Assembly (NCBI RefSeq): GCF_006345805.1
Contig: NC_043005.1
Span: 87,048,001 to 87,112,000 of the forward strand
Direction of reading: 5' to 3'
Length of the DNA: 64,000 nucleotides
Source: Octopus sinensis
Taxonomy: Eukaryota
The position numbers and the translations under genes are program-made. The first letter of the stretch is position 1, and every line of letters begins with the position of its first letter. Below, one piece after another: positions 1-12,763 of the stretch. The notes beneath the pieces were generated by a model that was not told the DNA's origin, did not search any database, and saw nothing but the letters and a program-made list of their open reading frames with translations.

Positions 1-1155
1 AGGTGCCCACTAGGGCGCATTCTGTTTAGTTGAGTGCAGAGACATGTAACGAAATTTCAAATAATGTCTACACTCCAACAACATCTCCCTCTTTATTCCC
101 AAAAAAAAAACAATCTTCTCAGCAGACAGAGAACCTTTAGAATAATAATGATAAATGGTAAAGTTTGGAAAAAATAATAAAATCAGCCATGTACAAATGA
201 GCAAAAATACATTCTTTCAATGTAAATAATGAGAGCGAGAGAGGCAGTGCAAACAATAAACTTAAGTATATTTACATGTAGATATAGAGTAACAGAGAGC
301 AGAAATGGAATGAACAGGACACGGCTAATCATGAAACCATGACTTCGACAAGCATAGCAGACTATTTATTAATATTAAGAAGAAAAAGTAGTAATGTTAG
401 CAATATCATGAAGAGAGCACAATTAAATTGAGGTAATTTGAGAACGGAGCGGAGTGACCGACGTAACCGTAGAATACCTAAAGCAGAGAGTTTGCTGCGC
501 CGGACATGTTGCAAGGTTCACAGATGACAGGTAATCCATGCCGTTGCCGAGTGGTAGCCAAGAGATCGGGAAAAAGTCATAGTTAAGTAATTTGGGTGAA
601 GATGGACAAGAATGGCACATTCATGATTGAAATGGAAGCACATAGCGATCTGTTGTGTATAAGAGTATCTGATCGATACTGTAATAGGTGTGTGTTTGCG
701 TGCGTGAGTGTATGATTGTGTGTGTAGATATGTATGTTTGTGTGTACGTATGTATGGATATCATTATTTAGTTTTATTTCAAGATTTCTTGCCAATAGCA
801 AAAGAGCCGGTTTCTTACCTAGATTCAAGGCTCCATTGGAATTCCAACAACACCGTATTTTTGTATTTATTTATGTACGTATGTATCTATGTATGCATGC
901 ACGTATGCATGTTTGCGTGTCTGCATGTATACATGCATGTATGTATGCATAAGTGCAGATTTGTATATTTAGTTTTATTAATGTCTTCTCATGCATATAG
1001 TTGCAATTCTAGACATGTTCGTATATGCTTAAATAATAAACATCTGGGAAGTTTTACAGATTTTTACAGTTCCACTGATGGCTTTGGATATGTAGTCTTC
1101 GAGTCAGATTTTTCTTTTCTGGATTCGAGAAGCCTAATTTTTCAATATTTATGTG

Positions 1156-1262
1156 TGTATGTATGTATGTATGTATGTATGTATGTATGTATGTATGAAT
1201 GTATGTATGTATGTATGTATGTATGTATGTATGTATGTATGTATGTATGTATGTATGTATGT
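1156..1262. repeat. (ATGT)n microsatellite
   Basis: Direct tetranucleotide run; it explains the CMYV/HTYI ORFs. Confidence 0.95.
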
Positions 1263-1384
1263 ATATATGCATGTATGTGTGAATGCATGCATATATGTAT
1301 GAATATAATTTTAAAAGATGTTTGGGAATGATTTCTAAATTATTGTATATGTAATCTCCTAAAAGGTATTAATTAGAGTTTTAT

Positions 1385-1545
1385 TATTTACATTATTTAC
1401 ATTATTTACATTTGACGGATATTTATCCTCATTTTGTTTGTTGTTAACACAAGGTTTCGGCTAATATACCCTCCAGCCGTCATAATTTGTCTTGGGGAAA
1501 TTTCGTACCTGTCTTCTCATTCCTAAGGTATTTCTCGATGTTGTT
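1385..1545 (-). mobile_element. 3' half of tRNA-derived SINE with HHR-like tail (family D)
   Basis: Reverse complement matches the body and tail of the copy at 58879-59134 (GAAATTTCCCCAAGA...GGCTGGAGGGTATAT.AGCCGAAAC...ATATCCGTCAAATGTAAATAATGTA). Confidence 0.8.
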
Positions 1546-1600
1546 ATTGTTATCATTATTATTATCATTATTATTATTATTATTATTATTATTGTTATTA

Positions 1601-2607
1601 TATGTTTGACTTTTGCTTTATGTCTGTACAAGTTGGCTCCAAGTCTCACCCAGAGACCTCAAGAGACAACAGGTTGGAAGTTAACGTTGTTGTTATGCCT
1701 AGTGTGCCATATATTTGGGATTTTTTGGTGTTGTACTAGTGAATGTCTAGTACATAAAAAAAAAGTTTGTTTTAAACCTTGGGATTACATAGAGAGTATT
1801 TTGCGTAGGATATGAGCAGTTCCCATGAGCACTATCTTTTGAATTTCTGCCATTTTGGGGTTTCCTGGTATCTGAGTTAGGTAGCAATCAGTCCTTTTCG
1901 CTATCATTCCCAGGGCACCTATGACAACAGGTGTTGTTTTAGTCTTCATCTTCCACATTTTGCTGATTTCTATTTCAAGGTATTTATATTTGCTCAGTTT
2001 TCGGTAGGTCTTGACAGATACGTTTATATCGATTGGGACAGTCATATCAATGAGGAGGCATGTTCTTTGTCTGAAGTCTTTCAATATGATGTCTGGCCTA
2101 TTTGCATCTATCTTTCTGTCAGTTTGAATGGTGAAGTTCCAGAGGAGTGAGATGTGGTCATTTTCAAGCACTGGAGGTGGATTGTGTTCCCACCAGTTTT
2201 TTTCATGGGGCAAATCCAGGTTTTTGCAAATTACCCAGTGAATATATTGTGCAGTGCTATCATGCCTGTTGAGGTACTCTGTAGGCGCTAGAAGACTGCA
2301 TTTGGAGACAACATGATCAATGGTTTCATTTTGTTGTCGGCATACACAACATGTTGGGCTACTGCCGTTCTTTAATATGTTGGCCTGGTAGGTTCTTGTT
2401 GGTAGGCATTGATCTTGAGGTGCTATGATAAACCCCTCTGTTTCAGATTTTAGACCAGAGGCCATTAGCTATTGGTGGGTCAGGGCTTTGTCAATATCTG
2501 CATCATTCGCTCTCTTTGGGTATTTGCCATAGAGAGGTTTTTCTTGCCATTTATTATTCAGAATATCTAAGGCCGCAGTTTTGGCACGGGTTTTCATGCG
2601 CCTAGCT
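1601..2607 (-). mobile_element. 5'-truncated R4/Dong-type non-LTR retrotransposon (CCHC + restriction-like endonuclease + 3' UTR)
   Basis: ORF 1785-2465 has C-x2-C...ETIDHVVSKC, RHD, RPDII and LIDMTVP...KYK (PD-D/ExK RLE). (TTA)n flanks both sides. Near-identical 3' end at 25619-26299. Confidence 0.9.
1785..2605 (-). pseudogene. RLE-type retrotransposon ORF C-terminus (zinc knuckle + RLE)
   Basis: 226-aa ORF; the frame continues upstream past one in-frame stop (KWQEKPLYGKYP...HQ*LMASGLK). Confidence 0.85.
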
Positions 2608-2628
2608 TTATTATTATTATTATTATTA

Positions 2629-2676
<48 letters not shown>

Positions 2677-2681
<5 letters not shown>

Positions 2682-2766
2682 TCTTAACCACAGCACCATA
2701 TGCTCATGGGCATGTGGCGTAGTGGTTAAGAGCCCGGGCTAATAACCCCAAGATTCCGAGTTCGAT
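2677..2766. mobile_element. Head-to-head tRNA-like SINE heads (family D)
   Basis: Minus-strand head remnant TTAACCACAGCACCATATGCTCATGGG abuts plus-strand head GGGCATGTGGCGTAGTGGTTAAGAG...GAGTTCGAT (A and B boxes). Confidence 0.75.
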
Positions 2767-3947
2767 GAAGTCTAGTAGTCCCATCATATGACAATGTAAC
2801 CCTCTGTACTAGAGATTTACTGTAGACGCAAATGTATCCGAGTGTCAATGGCTTCTATGGTCTTCCTGAAGATAGAATTTATATGTTATGGCATTTTATA
2901 TGATTGGTTTCGTGAAAATTTTAAATAAAGTAACCCAAGTTGATTTGATTTTAAAAATAATTGCTGTGGCCAAAATATCACGTGAGATGAGAACAGTTTA
3001 TAAACGGTCATTAGGCAAACTAAGTGACCGACTGTAAGTAATGCTGGGCTTAGCGTCGTTTGGACAACGTTGGTGGAATATTTTCCATTTTATATAGAAT
3101 CATCTCTATTGTAGCGTCAAAGATGAAATGTGTTTGAAATGCTTCCACATACTTCAGGTCTGTGATTTTTACCTTTTGTGGCTTCCCTGTTTTCACAATA
3201 TTTTCTTTGGTAGAGAGACCCCCAAAATGGGCAGCAGGATTCAGGTCGACTCCAGAAAGTTGTAATGAAAATAAGTATAACATCTGGATCCACAGAAAGA
3301 TCCATTAATCCATGCCCACATTTGCCAGGCAGCTGGTGTGTGAATGCCATCTTAAGTTGTTATCCAAAGTTACACGTAAATCTCTTATATCAGTACTTGA
3401 TCATAGCATCTGTTACAAAGTGAACGAACTCAAATTCTTAATTGTTTAACGACATTGATCTTTTCCTTTCTCATTAGGTTGCATATTAGACCGGCGTTCA
3501 ATTTGCTCGCTAACGGATTTGATACTTTCCTAAGAGATTTTTAATTAAATCTGTTTTACAGAATTTCTGGTAGCGTTTAGGTAAATAATAAAGAAAAGGG
3601 CGCTCAAAATGACACCCTGTCGGACACCAGTAGTGATGGTTGCCTACTTTCAGAAAACCTCGTTGTTCAAATCAGGCAGAGCTGTTTATTCTCTTGTTTT
3701 TTTTTTTCGCGTTGATTTGTTTTCTCGACGCGCCATTTATTCAATGTTTCGTCTGTTTGTAGCATGCTATGCTGGCGTCCATCAAAAACGTTACTCAAGA
3801 CAAATGATTATTCTATTATCTCGTCCTCCTAATGCATTTAAAATGTCATCAAGCGCGGCAGAAACTGTGCTGAGCAGCCTTTGCTACCGTCAAAAACTAA
3901 GATGATGGATACTACCAATAAGATGATAGTCTCACTCAATTCTTTCA

Positions 3948-3985
<38 letters not shown>

Positions 3986-4471
3986 ATTTCTCTCTCTCCA
4001 TTTCTCTCCATATATATGCATGTGTGTATGTGCGTGTGTGTATAAATATAAACGTAGAGATAGATAGCTACAGATATAGATATATAGATATACCAATTTA
4101 TTTGTAGAGAGATAGATGGAGAGACAAACAGACAGAAAAACAGACAAACCAAGAAACGGACAGATAGATATATACATACATACATATATAAAATAGATGA
4201 ATATATTGATAATTAGATTCTTATTATACGTTCTCTTTCTCACCCTCTCTATCTATCTCTTTCTCTTTCCTGTAAGACCAGTAAACACTAGTATTGATGT
4301 TGCGACATTTGAAATTTATATATATTTATATTTATATAAATATATTGATAACAATTGTAAGACAACGAAAGAGTGGTCATTCAAATAGCACATTTGTCTT
4401 AATAACGGTCAATCACACAGTAATTTCCCTTTGTATAACGGTCATTTTTCATAGTATTTTTCCGATTGCCA

Positions 4472-4532
4472 GATAACTGAAGAGATGGCTGCGTGGATTT
4501 CTACCTCGGCATCCGAAACTCGGACTTTTATC
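4472..4532 (+). ncRNA. Degenerate minimal type I hammerhead ribozyme motif
   Basis: GATAA-CTGAAGA-GATG...CATC-C-GAAA-CTCGGAC-TT-TTATC; helix III is broken relative to the paralog at 55376. Confidence 0.55.
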
Positions 4533-4572
4533 ATCATGACTACCAAATAATGGTCACATATTACATTTACAG

Positions 4573-4634
<62 letters not shown>

Positions 4635-4663
4635 ATTGATAGATTGATACGCATATATATATA

Positions 4664-4709
<46 letters not shown>

Positions 4710-4766
4710 ACATGTGTGTATATATGTTTGTATGTATGTATTTATCCACGTAAACGTTTGTGTGTG

Positions 4767-4797
<31 letters not shown>

Positions 4798-4819
4798 CAC
4801 ACACACACACACATATATA

Positions 4820-4857
<38 letters not shown>

Positions 4858-5290
4858 ACATGCTGATCCTCGCCGTTCTGACGTTTTGATATTAGAATAA
4901 AACAGATCAGTCGTTGTCTATATATATTTTGTTAAACAATTCACAGTCGTCGCTTCTGTATTCCATTCTTTTTATTTTCTCTCCCATAAATTCCGTCACT
5001 TCTTTCATAACTTCTTTTCAATGCATAGGCACATACTCATACGCTGTCTCACAGCATAATACAAAAAAGAGCGTAGGTTCGAAACGTAAGAGACATTCTC
5101 ACTTCCCGAGCATTAAACTAATACATCATTTGTTGTTTACACAGCCTTCTTTTTTTGTTAAAATTAATGGTTAATCAATGGATTATTAAGAAGAATTTTA
5201 TAACAAAGGCATCAAAAATGTTTGAATACTTTTGAGTATATACCAAACTTTTACCACAATAGAGGAAGGAAAAGAAAGTATCCAGCTAGC

Positions 5291-5490
5291 TAGTTTCTTT
5301 GACTGCTATTTCTAAATTTCGGTATGTGTTGACGCAAAAGTTTTGGCTGAACCCTAATTATAATTATACTCATGATTATAAAAATTATTGTTTAAGTTTG
5401 CCGATAATGGTCCTTTTAACATACCGAAACTACTTGGTAGAAATATTAATTATTAATTAAATAATTAATTTTTACCCTTTATTATTATTG
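5291..5490 (+). repeat. ~200-bp direct repeat, copy 1
   Basis: TAGTTTCTTT.GCTGCTATTTCTAAATTTCGGTATG...TTTTACCCTTTATTATTAT recurs at 5888-6085. Confidence 0.9.
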
Positions 5491-5887
5491 ATGATATTAT
5501 TCCTTGATAATAAACTACAGTTTTTTCTGTAGATTTTGTTTTACCCAGTAACACACGTGGGTAGGTGAGTGAGAAGGCGAGATCTCATTCGTATGTTTTG
5601 AATTCGTACTGGTCATTGGATAAAGTTGTCTGATGTTGCTTGAATCAGATAGGTATGTTCAATTTTTTTCGGTGCTCTCAAATTTAAAATCTTGAAATAC
5701 TGTGCTGAAGAGCGAGAATGATTGGAATGAAAATACGATTTTTTCATTTTTCATAACTATCTAACTCCGAAACGCGTCCACAGACAATCAAATACCGGGT
5801 GAATTTCGTTGTTTTTTTCTCTTTGCCTACGTGAATTGTTTTTGAGTATATGTTATCCGGGAGATTTTCTTCTGGTAGACAAATAGT

Positions 5888-6085
5888 TAGTTTCTTTGGC
5901 TGCTATTTCTAAATTTCGGTATGCGGTGACGCAAATTATTTTGCTGAACCCTAATTATAATTATACTCATAATTATAAAAATTATTGTTTAAGTTTACCG
6001 ATAATGGTCCTTTTAACTTGCCGAATCTACTTGGTAGAATTTTTCATTATTAATTAATTAATTAATTTTACCCTTTATTATTATC
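5888..6085 (+). repeat. ~200-bp direct repeat, copy 2
   Basis: Clearly homologous but diverged copy of 5291-5490, period ~597 bp. Confidence 0.9.
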
Positions 6086-6169
6086 ATTATTATTATTTTT
6101 TTTTTTTTTTCTTCTTTCAAATTTTCTTCCATTTCTTGCCGAGTGTCTTCCCGACTCCTAGGGCAAAGA

Positions 6170-6247
6170 AATTATATTATTATTATTATTATATTATTAT
6201 TATTATATATTATTATTATTATTATATTATTATTATTATTATTATTA

Positions 6248-6283
<36 letters not shown>

Positions 6284-6434
6284 TATTATTATTATTATTA
6301 TATTATCATTATTATTATTATTATTATTATTATCATCATTATTATTATTATTATTATCATTATTATAATTTTTTTTATCATTATTATCATTATTATTATT
6401 ATTATCATTATTATTATTATTATTATTATTATCA

Positions 6435-6472
<38 letters not shown>

Positions 6473-6476
6473 TTAC

Positions 6477-6507
<31 letters not shown>

Positions 6508-6520
6508 ATATATATATGCA
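6170..6520. repeat. (TAT)n/(CAT) then (TA)n microsatellite
   Basis: Direct; source of the poly-Y and poly-I ORFs. Confidence 0.95.
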
Positions 6521-6554
6521 CATGTACATATATACGAAAGTATTATTTTAGTTG

Positions 6555-6700
6555 CCATCTTCCAAATCCACTCACAAAATTTTGGTCGGCCCGAGCCTAT
6601 AGCAACGCTGACCTAAGATGCCATGCTGTGGGACTGAACTTGAAACCATCTGACTGGAAAACAAGTTTCTTACCAGATATCAACGTTTGTGCCAAATGAA
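6555..6700 (-). mobile_element. Partial SINE family B (tRNA head/CORE-like)
   Basis: CCAAATCCACTCACAA...GGTCGGCCCGAG...GGGACTGAAC matches 16549-16960. Confidence 0.7.
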
Positions 6701-7309
6701 ATAATATCAATATTCTGTTACACTGTGACCAAAGCCCCGCTGAGCGGAAACTATCTACAAACCCGGCAAAGGGGCAATGTGTTGGTGCTGATCTTGTACC
6801 GTCTAGTTTAATTCCATCGCTTGATTCATTGGAACCTTTTATGGAATACGCACTATTCCAAATGTTCTGCTCCCATTTCCTCTCTGGGAAAAATTCCTAT
6901 GCTTCTTCTCAACAAGACCGTGCGGCCTAAAATGGGTCATTGCTCTACGTTTTGTAACGAAGCGATTTAAGAAAGAAAGCAGCCTAATGCATTCAGTTGT
7001 TAAGAAACGTTGTCTTGGTAACAACATTGAAAATAATTCCTTGTGGTTTGATCTTAATGGAAGAGCTAATAGCTAATGCCTAGAAAACAGTGTTGCTCAT
7101 TTTGCTAATAACAAATTTACTGCAACACTAACAACATCAGCGTAAAATGCATCATGAACAGAGTCAGCAACAGCAGAAAGAACAATACCATTGACGTAAG
7201 CAACAATTATTTTTTTCTATACAGATGGAGATTATATCGATAAGTAATATGAAGTCTAAGGCGATTAACATGAAAAAGCTGTACAATATTAAACACAAGT
7301 AAGGTGAAT

Positions 7310-7680
7310 AGTTAACAGAAGCGTTACTGCACCGGACAAAATGCTTAGCGGCATTTCATCCGTCTTTACGTTCTAAGTTTCAATGCAGCCAGAGCTGACT
7401 TTGCCTTTAGTCCAATCTGGTCAATAAAATAAGTACCAGTTGCGTACTGAGGTCGCTGTATTCGGCGATCAGGCATAATTGATACCGCACCGGTCAATAT
7501 GCTTAGCGGCATTTCTTCCACCTTTGTGTTCTGAGTTGAAATGCCACCAGAGTTCAGTTCACCTTTCATCCTTTCGGGATCGATAAAATATGTATATGTT
7601 TCACCCTCGGATCAATGTAAGCAACTTAGACCCTCACCCGAATTTGATGCCCGTGTGCCAAAATTTGAAACCAATGTTGA
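7310..7680 (+). mobile_element. Two old, diverged SINE family A copies
   Basis: ATGCTTAGCGGCATTTC...GTTCTGAGTT...CTTTCATCCTTTCGGG.TCGATAAAAT motifs; the second copy ends in TGTGCCAAAATTTGAAACC. Confidence 0.7.
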
Positions 7681-7711
7681 ACACAAGTTGCGCTGAATTG
7701 GTGGTTTCGTT

Positions 7712-7946
7712 ATCTATTTCTTTACTACCCAGAAAGGGCTAAACACAGAGAGGACAAACAAGGACAGACGAACGGATTAAGCCGATTATATCGACCCCAG
7801 TGCGTAACTGGTACTTATTTAATCGACCCCGAAAGGATGAAAAGCAAAGTCGACCTCGGCGGAATTTGAACTCAGAACGTAACAGCAGACGAAATACCGC
7901 TAAGCATTTCGCTCGGCGTGCTAACGTTTCTGCCAGCTCACCGCCA
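7712..7946 (-). mobile_element. Full-length young SINE family A
   Basis: Reverse complement of 27606-27837: GGCGG.GAGCTGGCAGAAACGTTAGC head, GTCGACTTTGC.TTTCATCCTTTCGGGGTCGAT core, GTGTTTAGCCC...GTAGTAAAGAAAT tail. Confidence 0.9.
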
Positions 7947-8837
7947 TTAAAAAGGTGGTTTCGTTACCCTGCCGGACAAAATACTCAATTGCATTCCTTC
8001 TCGTTCTTTACGTCCTGATTTCAAATGCGATTTCAGGATCGAAATAATAGTTACCAGACAACTACAAAGTTGAATAAAATCGAGTTCCCTGTTCCCTATC
8101 CTGGTGACAAATTACAAAGAATAATAACACAAGTGCTTACAATACATATAACAGAAGTTCAAAATGTCGTGCCTGCTCGAAGAACAAATATTTGTAGCGC
8201 AGCCACTCTTTTACAGTGCCAGTGCTGAAAATATCCATGTCGTATATTTAGCCGCAATGACGATCGGTGCATGCAAGATTTTCTATAAGAATACTGTTCC
8301 TCCAGAACATAAACATCTATGTGATCTGTAAAACACAGATATAACATCAATTATTAGATGATGTTGTAGAATGTGTTACTAAGACCACTAATCTCAATAG
8401 AAAACTGTGTATGAAATGAAGATTGCTAATGAAATTTGTTTTCGGAAAATGGGAGCGGGATTAATTAATTATACACGCGCACAAAAGAGAACTGATCCGA
8501 CTGATCCTTTTCTATTTCAGATATTGTTTACTCCAAACGAAAACATAAATATTTTCCAGGTGGTCACAACACGATTTCATTTACAATTGACAACTTAACC
8601 AAGGCTGCCTGTTTGGATTTAAGGAAAAGTTATTCTTTGGACACTTACGGATCATTTACATAATCAATGATTATGGCGATCACCATGGGCTTTCACTCTC
8701 TGCAACAAGGTTTACAATTTCGGATTACTGAATTCTAACAGGAAAATCCAATAAGACCCTCCTCTGCAGAGATAATATTCTATGCATTAAGAAAAGACGA
8801 TATTAGTTTCAAATCTGAACAAAAGTCCAGCAATTTT

Positions 8838-9015
8838 AGGGATGCGGTAAGTCGATAGCACGGACCCAACTGCTCAAATGGTATCTATTTTATTGACTCG
8901 GAGGGGGATGAAAAGTTAAGCCGACCCCAGCGGCATTTGAACTCAAATGTAAACTCAGAAGAAATGCCACTAAACGTTTTTGTCTGGTGCAGTAACGATG
9001 CTTCCAGTTCCCCCG
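8838..9015 (-). mobile_element. Diverged SINE family A
   Basis: TTTATTGACTCGGAGGGGGATGAAAAG...GCGGCATTTGAACTC is a degenerate reverse complement of the family A core. Confidence 0.65.
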
Positions 9016-9059
9016 ATTTGATTTGAAAAGGCAATATCAGGAGATCTAATGTACGGAGG

Positions 9060-9250
9060 CCAGCGGGGAAAACTGTTACCGCGCCGGCATTTCGTTTGAC
9101 TTTACGTTCAGAGTTCAGGTGCCGCCGAGGTTGACTTTGTCTTTCATTCTATCTGGGTCAATAAAATAGGTACCATTTCTGTGCTGGAGTCGAAGTGTTC
9201 GACTTACTCAAGCGAAATTGCTTGCCTTGTGCCAAAATTTGAAACCAATA
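9060..9250 (+). mobile_element. Diverged SINE family A (old tail type)
   Basis: TTTACGTTCAGAGTTCAGGTGCCGCCGAGGTTGACTTTG...CCTTGTGCCAAAATTTGAAACC. Confidence 0.7.
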
Positions 9251-9795
9251 CTGCAAACTCTAATTGTCATTGCTCCCACGTCAAGAAAGTGCAATATGCT
9301 GAGACATAAACTTTGTATAATTTTAATACCGATATAGACAGGGTTTTCTAAGTATTGGTAAAGTGCATCATTTGACTCTTTTCATGAATGACAAGGATGA
9401 TATTAAGTCTTTCATGCAATTTGTGTGTTAGAAATATCTCAAAAAAAAAAATAGGCATAAAGTAAATGAAATAGGCAGAAATTGAGGTAAAAAAAATATT
9501 CAATTGATAAAAAAAAATTAAGTTTAATCTCATTAATTTAAGAAATGTGTAGGTGTATCTTCAGTTTGTGATGTTTGGACAAACTTCTCATTCATCACTT
9601 CAATGTAAGTAAATACAAATTCTTCTAAATGGAAACATCAGATATGCTTGCCGATAAAATATCGTTTTTTGTGTTTGTTGAAGCCAAATAAACGTTCTGA
9701 TCGACACCCAAGTTATAGGCTGAAGTCATGCGAGGGAAAATCAAATCCAATTTATGCATGTATGTGTGTGTGTGCATGTGTGCGTGTGTGTGTGT

Positions 9796-9844
<49 letters not shown>

Positions 9845-11191
9845 AGACTTTTGTATTTTATCAAAATAAAAAGAATCACTCTTGTACACTCACAACTGAC
9901 AACAAAATGTACGTAAACAAAACATCTTACAAGTATTCTGCGCTGTCGTTTCAGGCTTTGTCAGTTCCTTGGTTTCAGTAATAAGGTCTAACGGATATCA
10001 AAGAGATTTAATCCGTGCCTTCCTCATTTTCTGAACTGTGTTACATTTTTAATGAAACTGTGGTGTGATTCAATTTGGAAATATGCGCAGTTTTATCGGA
10101 GGTCGAAGTACGTGTATAATAATCCCTATTTTGTTATTTTGTCATCTGCGTTCAAGTTCTGGAGAGGAGGATTGAAGACTGGTCACCGAGAAATCATTAC
10201 AATTAATTATGGAGATTAAATTTCAAGAAACAAATTGAAGAGTCACTTTATTCAATAATCAACATCAATACAATGATTGGACATATATGTGTGTGGAGAA
10301 TTTTTAGTTGTTTGTGGCGACGTATGGTTTCATTTTTAAAGACTTACATAGTTATTGAAAAGTATATTTCATATAAAATTTAGCACATACTGTCTTTTTC
10401 GTTGTTTTTATTCTTTTCCTTCATTATTTTGTTTGTCTCATGAATCGCAGACTGTCTAAGTACATTGCTATTAAGAAATGGTAATACAACATTTTACTGT
10501 CATTACATTTTCCATATTGGAGTTTCAATCAAATTAAAACACTTTCTCTTTTCTTACCTCAGTAAGAAGCCAGACACTTGTAAATATTTTATTACATTTT
10601 TATAATTACTATTGTTACTAACACTACTTTAATTTTGCAATATTATGACAAAGTTTTTAACCAGAAACTGCGCATTTTAATCTAAAGATAGAATATTTTT
10701 CCAGAATAAGTTAGAAATTTTCTTTTTATATTAACGAGATTTTCTGTTAAATATCTCCGAATATTTTGTCCAATTCTTTACGATGTAGACGGACTTCGTG
10801 GTGGTGGCCGACTGCGTCAGGGTGGATGATTTTTTCCGACATGAACGAAGCACAGAAGAACCCAATTTATCACAAGTACTGATGAATACCAACGACAACG
10901 GGATTTTGCCAAACACAAAAGCAATGTGTTGGGTTTTAACTTGATTCCTTAAAAATATTATATTTAAAAATATTCAGTACAAAATATTATTACCTACAAA
11001 AAATTTATATAGGAGGTGGGTGTGGGGATCGGTGATAACAGGATATCACCAGCAAACTATACATCATTGTGGGTACCACTTACTAGCAACTGTCATTCAA
11101 AAGCAACAAGCTTACAAGAACTCACATAACATTATAAAGAGTAGGTTTGCATTTATGTGTGAGAGAGCATGTGTGTGTGTATGTGCTTGTG

Positions 11192-11267
<76 letters not shown>

Positions 11268-11527
11268 AAGATAGATAGATAGATAGATTGATAGATAGTG
11301 TTGTGTGGACGCCCCCAGACGATGAAGTAGACTTGTCCAATACGTAGATATAGAGGGATAAGCCTAGACGTCAGGAGCACAGCTGTGTAGAGCAGAAAGT
11401 ACAGTAGAGCACAGTTGAGTAGCAGTAAGGAGAGTAGACTAGAGTTGAGTAGAAGGCATCTGAACGTGCGACATAACAGATGGATGGATGGATCGATGGA
11501 TCGATAGATCGATGGATCGCCCGCCAC

Positions 11528-11655
11528 ATATCTTTCTTTAGTAGCCTCACAGGGCCGAACACAGAGGTGACAAAATATAATGTAGAGCTTTTCTTTCGAA
11601 AGCAATAAAAATGAAAATAGACAGAAAAGGAGGAAAAAATCCGATCAAAAGTGGT
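11528..11655 (-). mobile_element. Short 3' end of the L1/Tx1-type LINE
   Basis: ATATCTTTCTTTAGTAGCCTCACAGGGCCGAACACAGA...GTAGAGCTTTTCTTT matches 49628-49695; it follows a decayed GATA/GATG run. Confidence 0.7.
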
Positions 11656-11765
11656 TTTATTTACATTATTTACAATATTTACATTTGACGGATATTTGTC
11701 CTCTTCTTGTTAGTAGTTAACGCAATGTTTCGGCTGATATACCCTCCAGCCTTCATTAGGTGTTT
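11655..11765 (-). mobile_element. 3' tail of SINE family D with decayed HHR
   Basis: Reverse complement reads ACAC-CTAATGA-AGGCTG...CAGCC-GAAAC-ATT-GCGT, then the (AAATAATGT)-type tail. Confidence 0.8.
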
Positions 11766-11908
11766 CATCAGCTATTAAAGAAATACAGAGCCCAGCATGA
11801 CCACCGGATCATTATACATATCTGTGTACTTTTTCGCGCAATTCCACCCAGCCGACCGTGAACCCCACGGCAAGAAAGAATCACGCATGCCAGATTTATA
11901 TGTGTGTA

Positions 11909-11988
<80 letters not shown>

Positions 11989-12184
11989 TATGTATATATA
12001 TATATATATAATATATATATGTGTATGTATAAATATATGTATATGTATATGTATGTATATATATGTGTATGTATAATATATGTATATATATATAGATCTA
12101 GTTATATATATACATGCATATGAGTGTGCATCTATATATACGTGTGTATGTGTATGAGTATACACACACACACACTATATATTA

Positions 12185-12241
<57 letters not shown>

Positions 12242-12422
12242 CTACAAAATTAGAAAATGGAGAAACATACTTAATCAATAAAACATCAACTATCAGATGA
12301 TACCCAATCAATACTTTATTACACCATTACATATCAGTAAAGGCATTATACAAAATATACAATAAATGTAATAGACAAAGAGATATAAGTATAAAATTTC
12401 AAATATAATATGTAATTAAATC

Positions 12423-12538
12423 AAATCTGACAGCTGTTTCGGCAGTGAGGGCAGTCATACCTCATTTAACCTATAAGCCATAAAGGCAGGTATAAATGAG
12501 GCATTAACAAGAATGCCCCACGGCCTCTTCAGAGAATT
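12423..12538 (-). ncRNA. Minimal type I hammerhead ribozyme with extended helix II
   Basis: Minus strand TCT-CTGAAGA-GGCCGTGGGGCA...TGCCCTCACTGCC-GAAA-CAGCTG-TC^AGA; palindromic helix III; GUC site at 12431-12429. Confidence 0.75.
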
Positions 12539-12727
12539 AAATTTGTTATAATTGTGAAAAAAAGTATTTATCCATATACATATAAATATAAAAATATAAA
12601 ATGTAAAATATAAAAACTATAAAATATAAAATATGTAAAATATTAGTCTTGTTGGGTACCTATCTAGCAGTATATTGGATATATGTTATCCATGGTGGGT
12701 TGAATTTCAACCCCTATCTCATTTTAT

Positions 12728-12758
<31 letters not shown>

Positions 12759-12763
<5 letters not shown>

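Noticed and set aside
6136-6699. Poly-Y and poly-I ORFs
   Set aside because: (TAT)n microsatellite.
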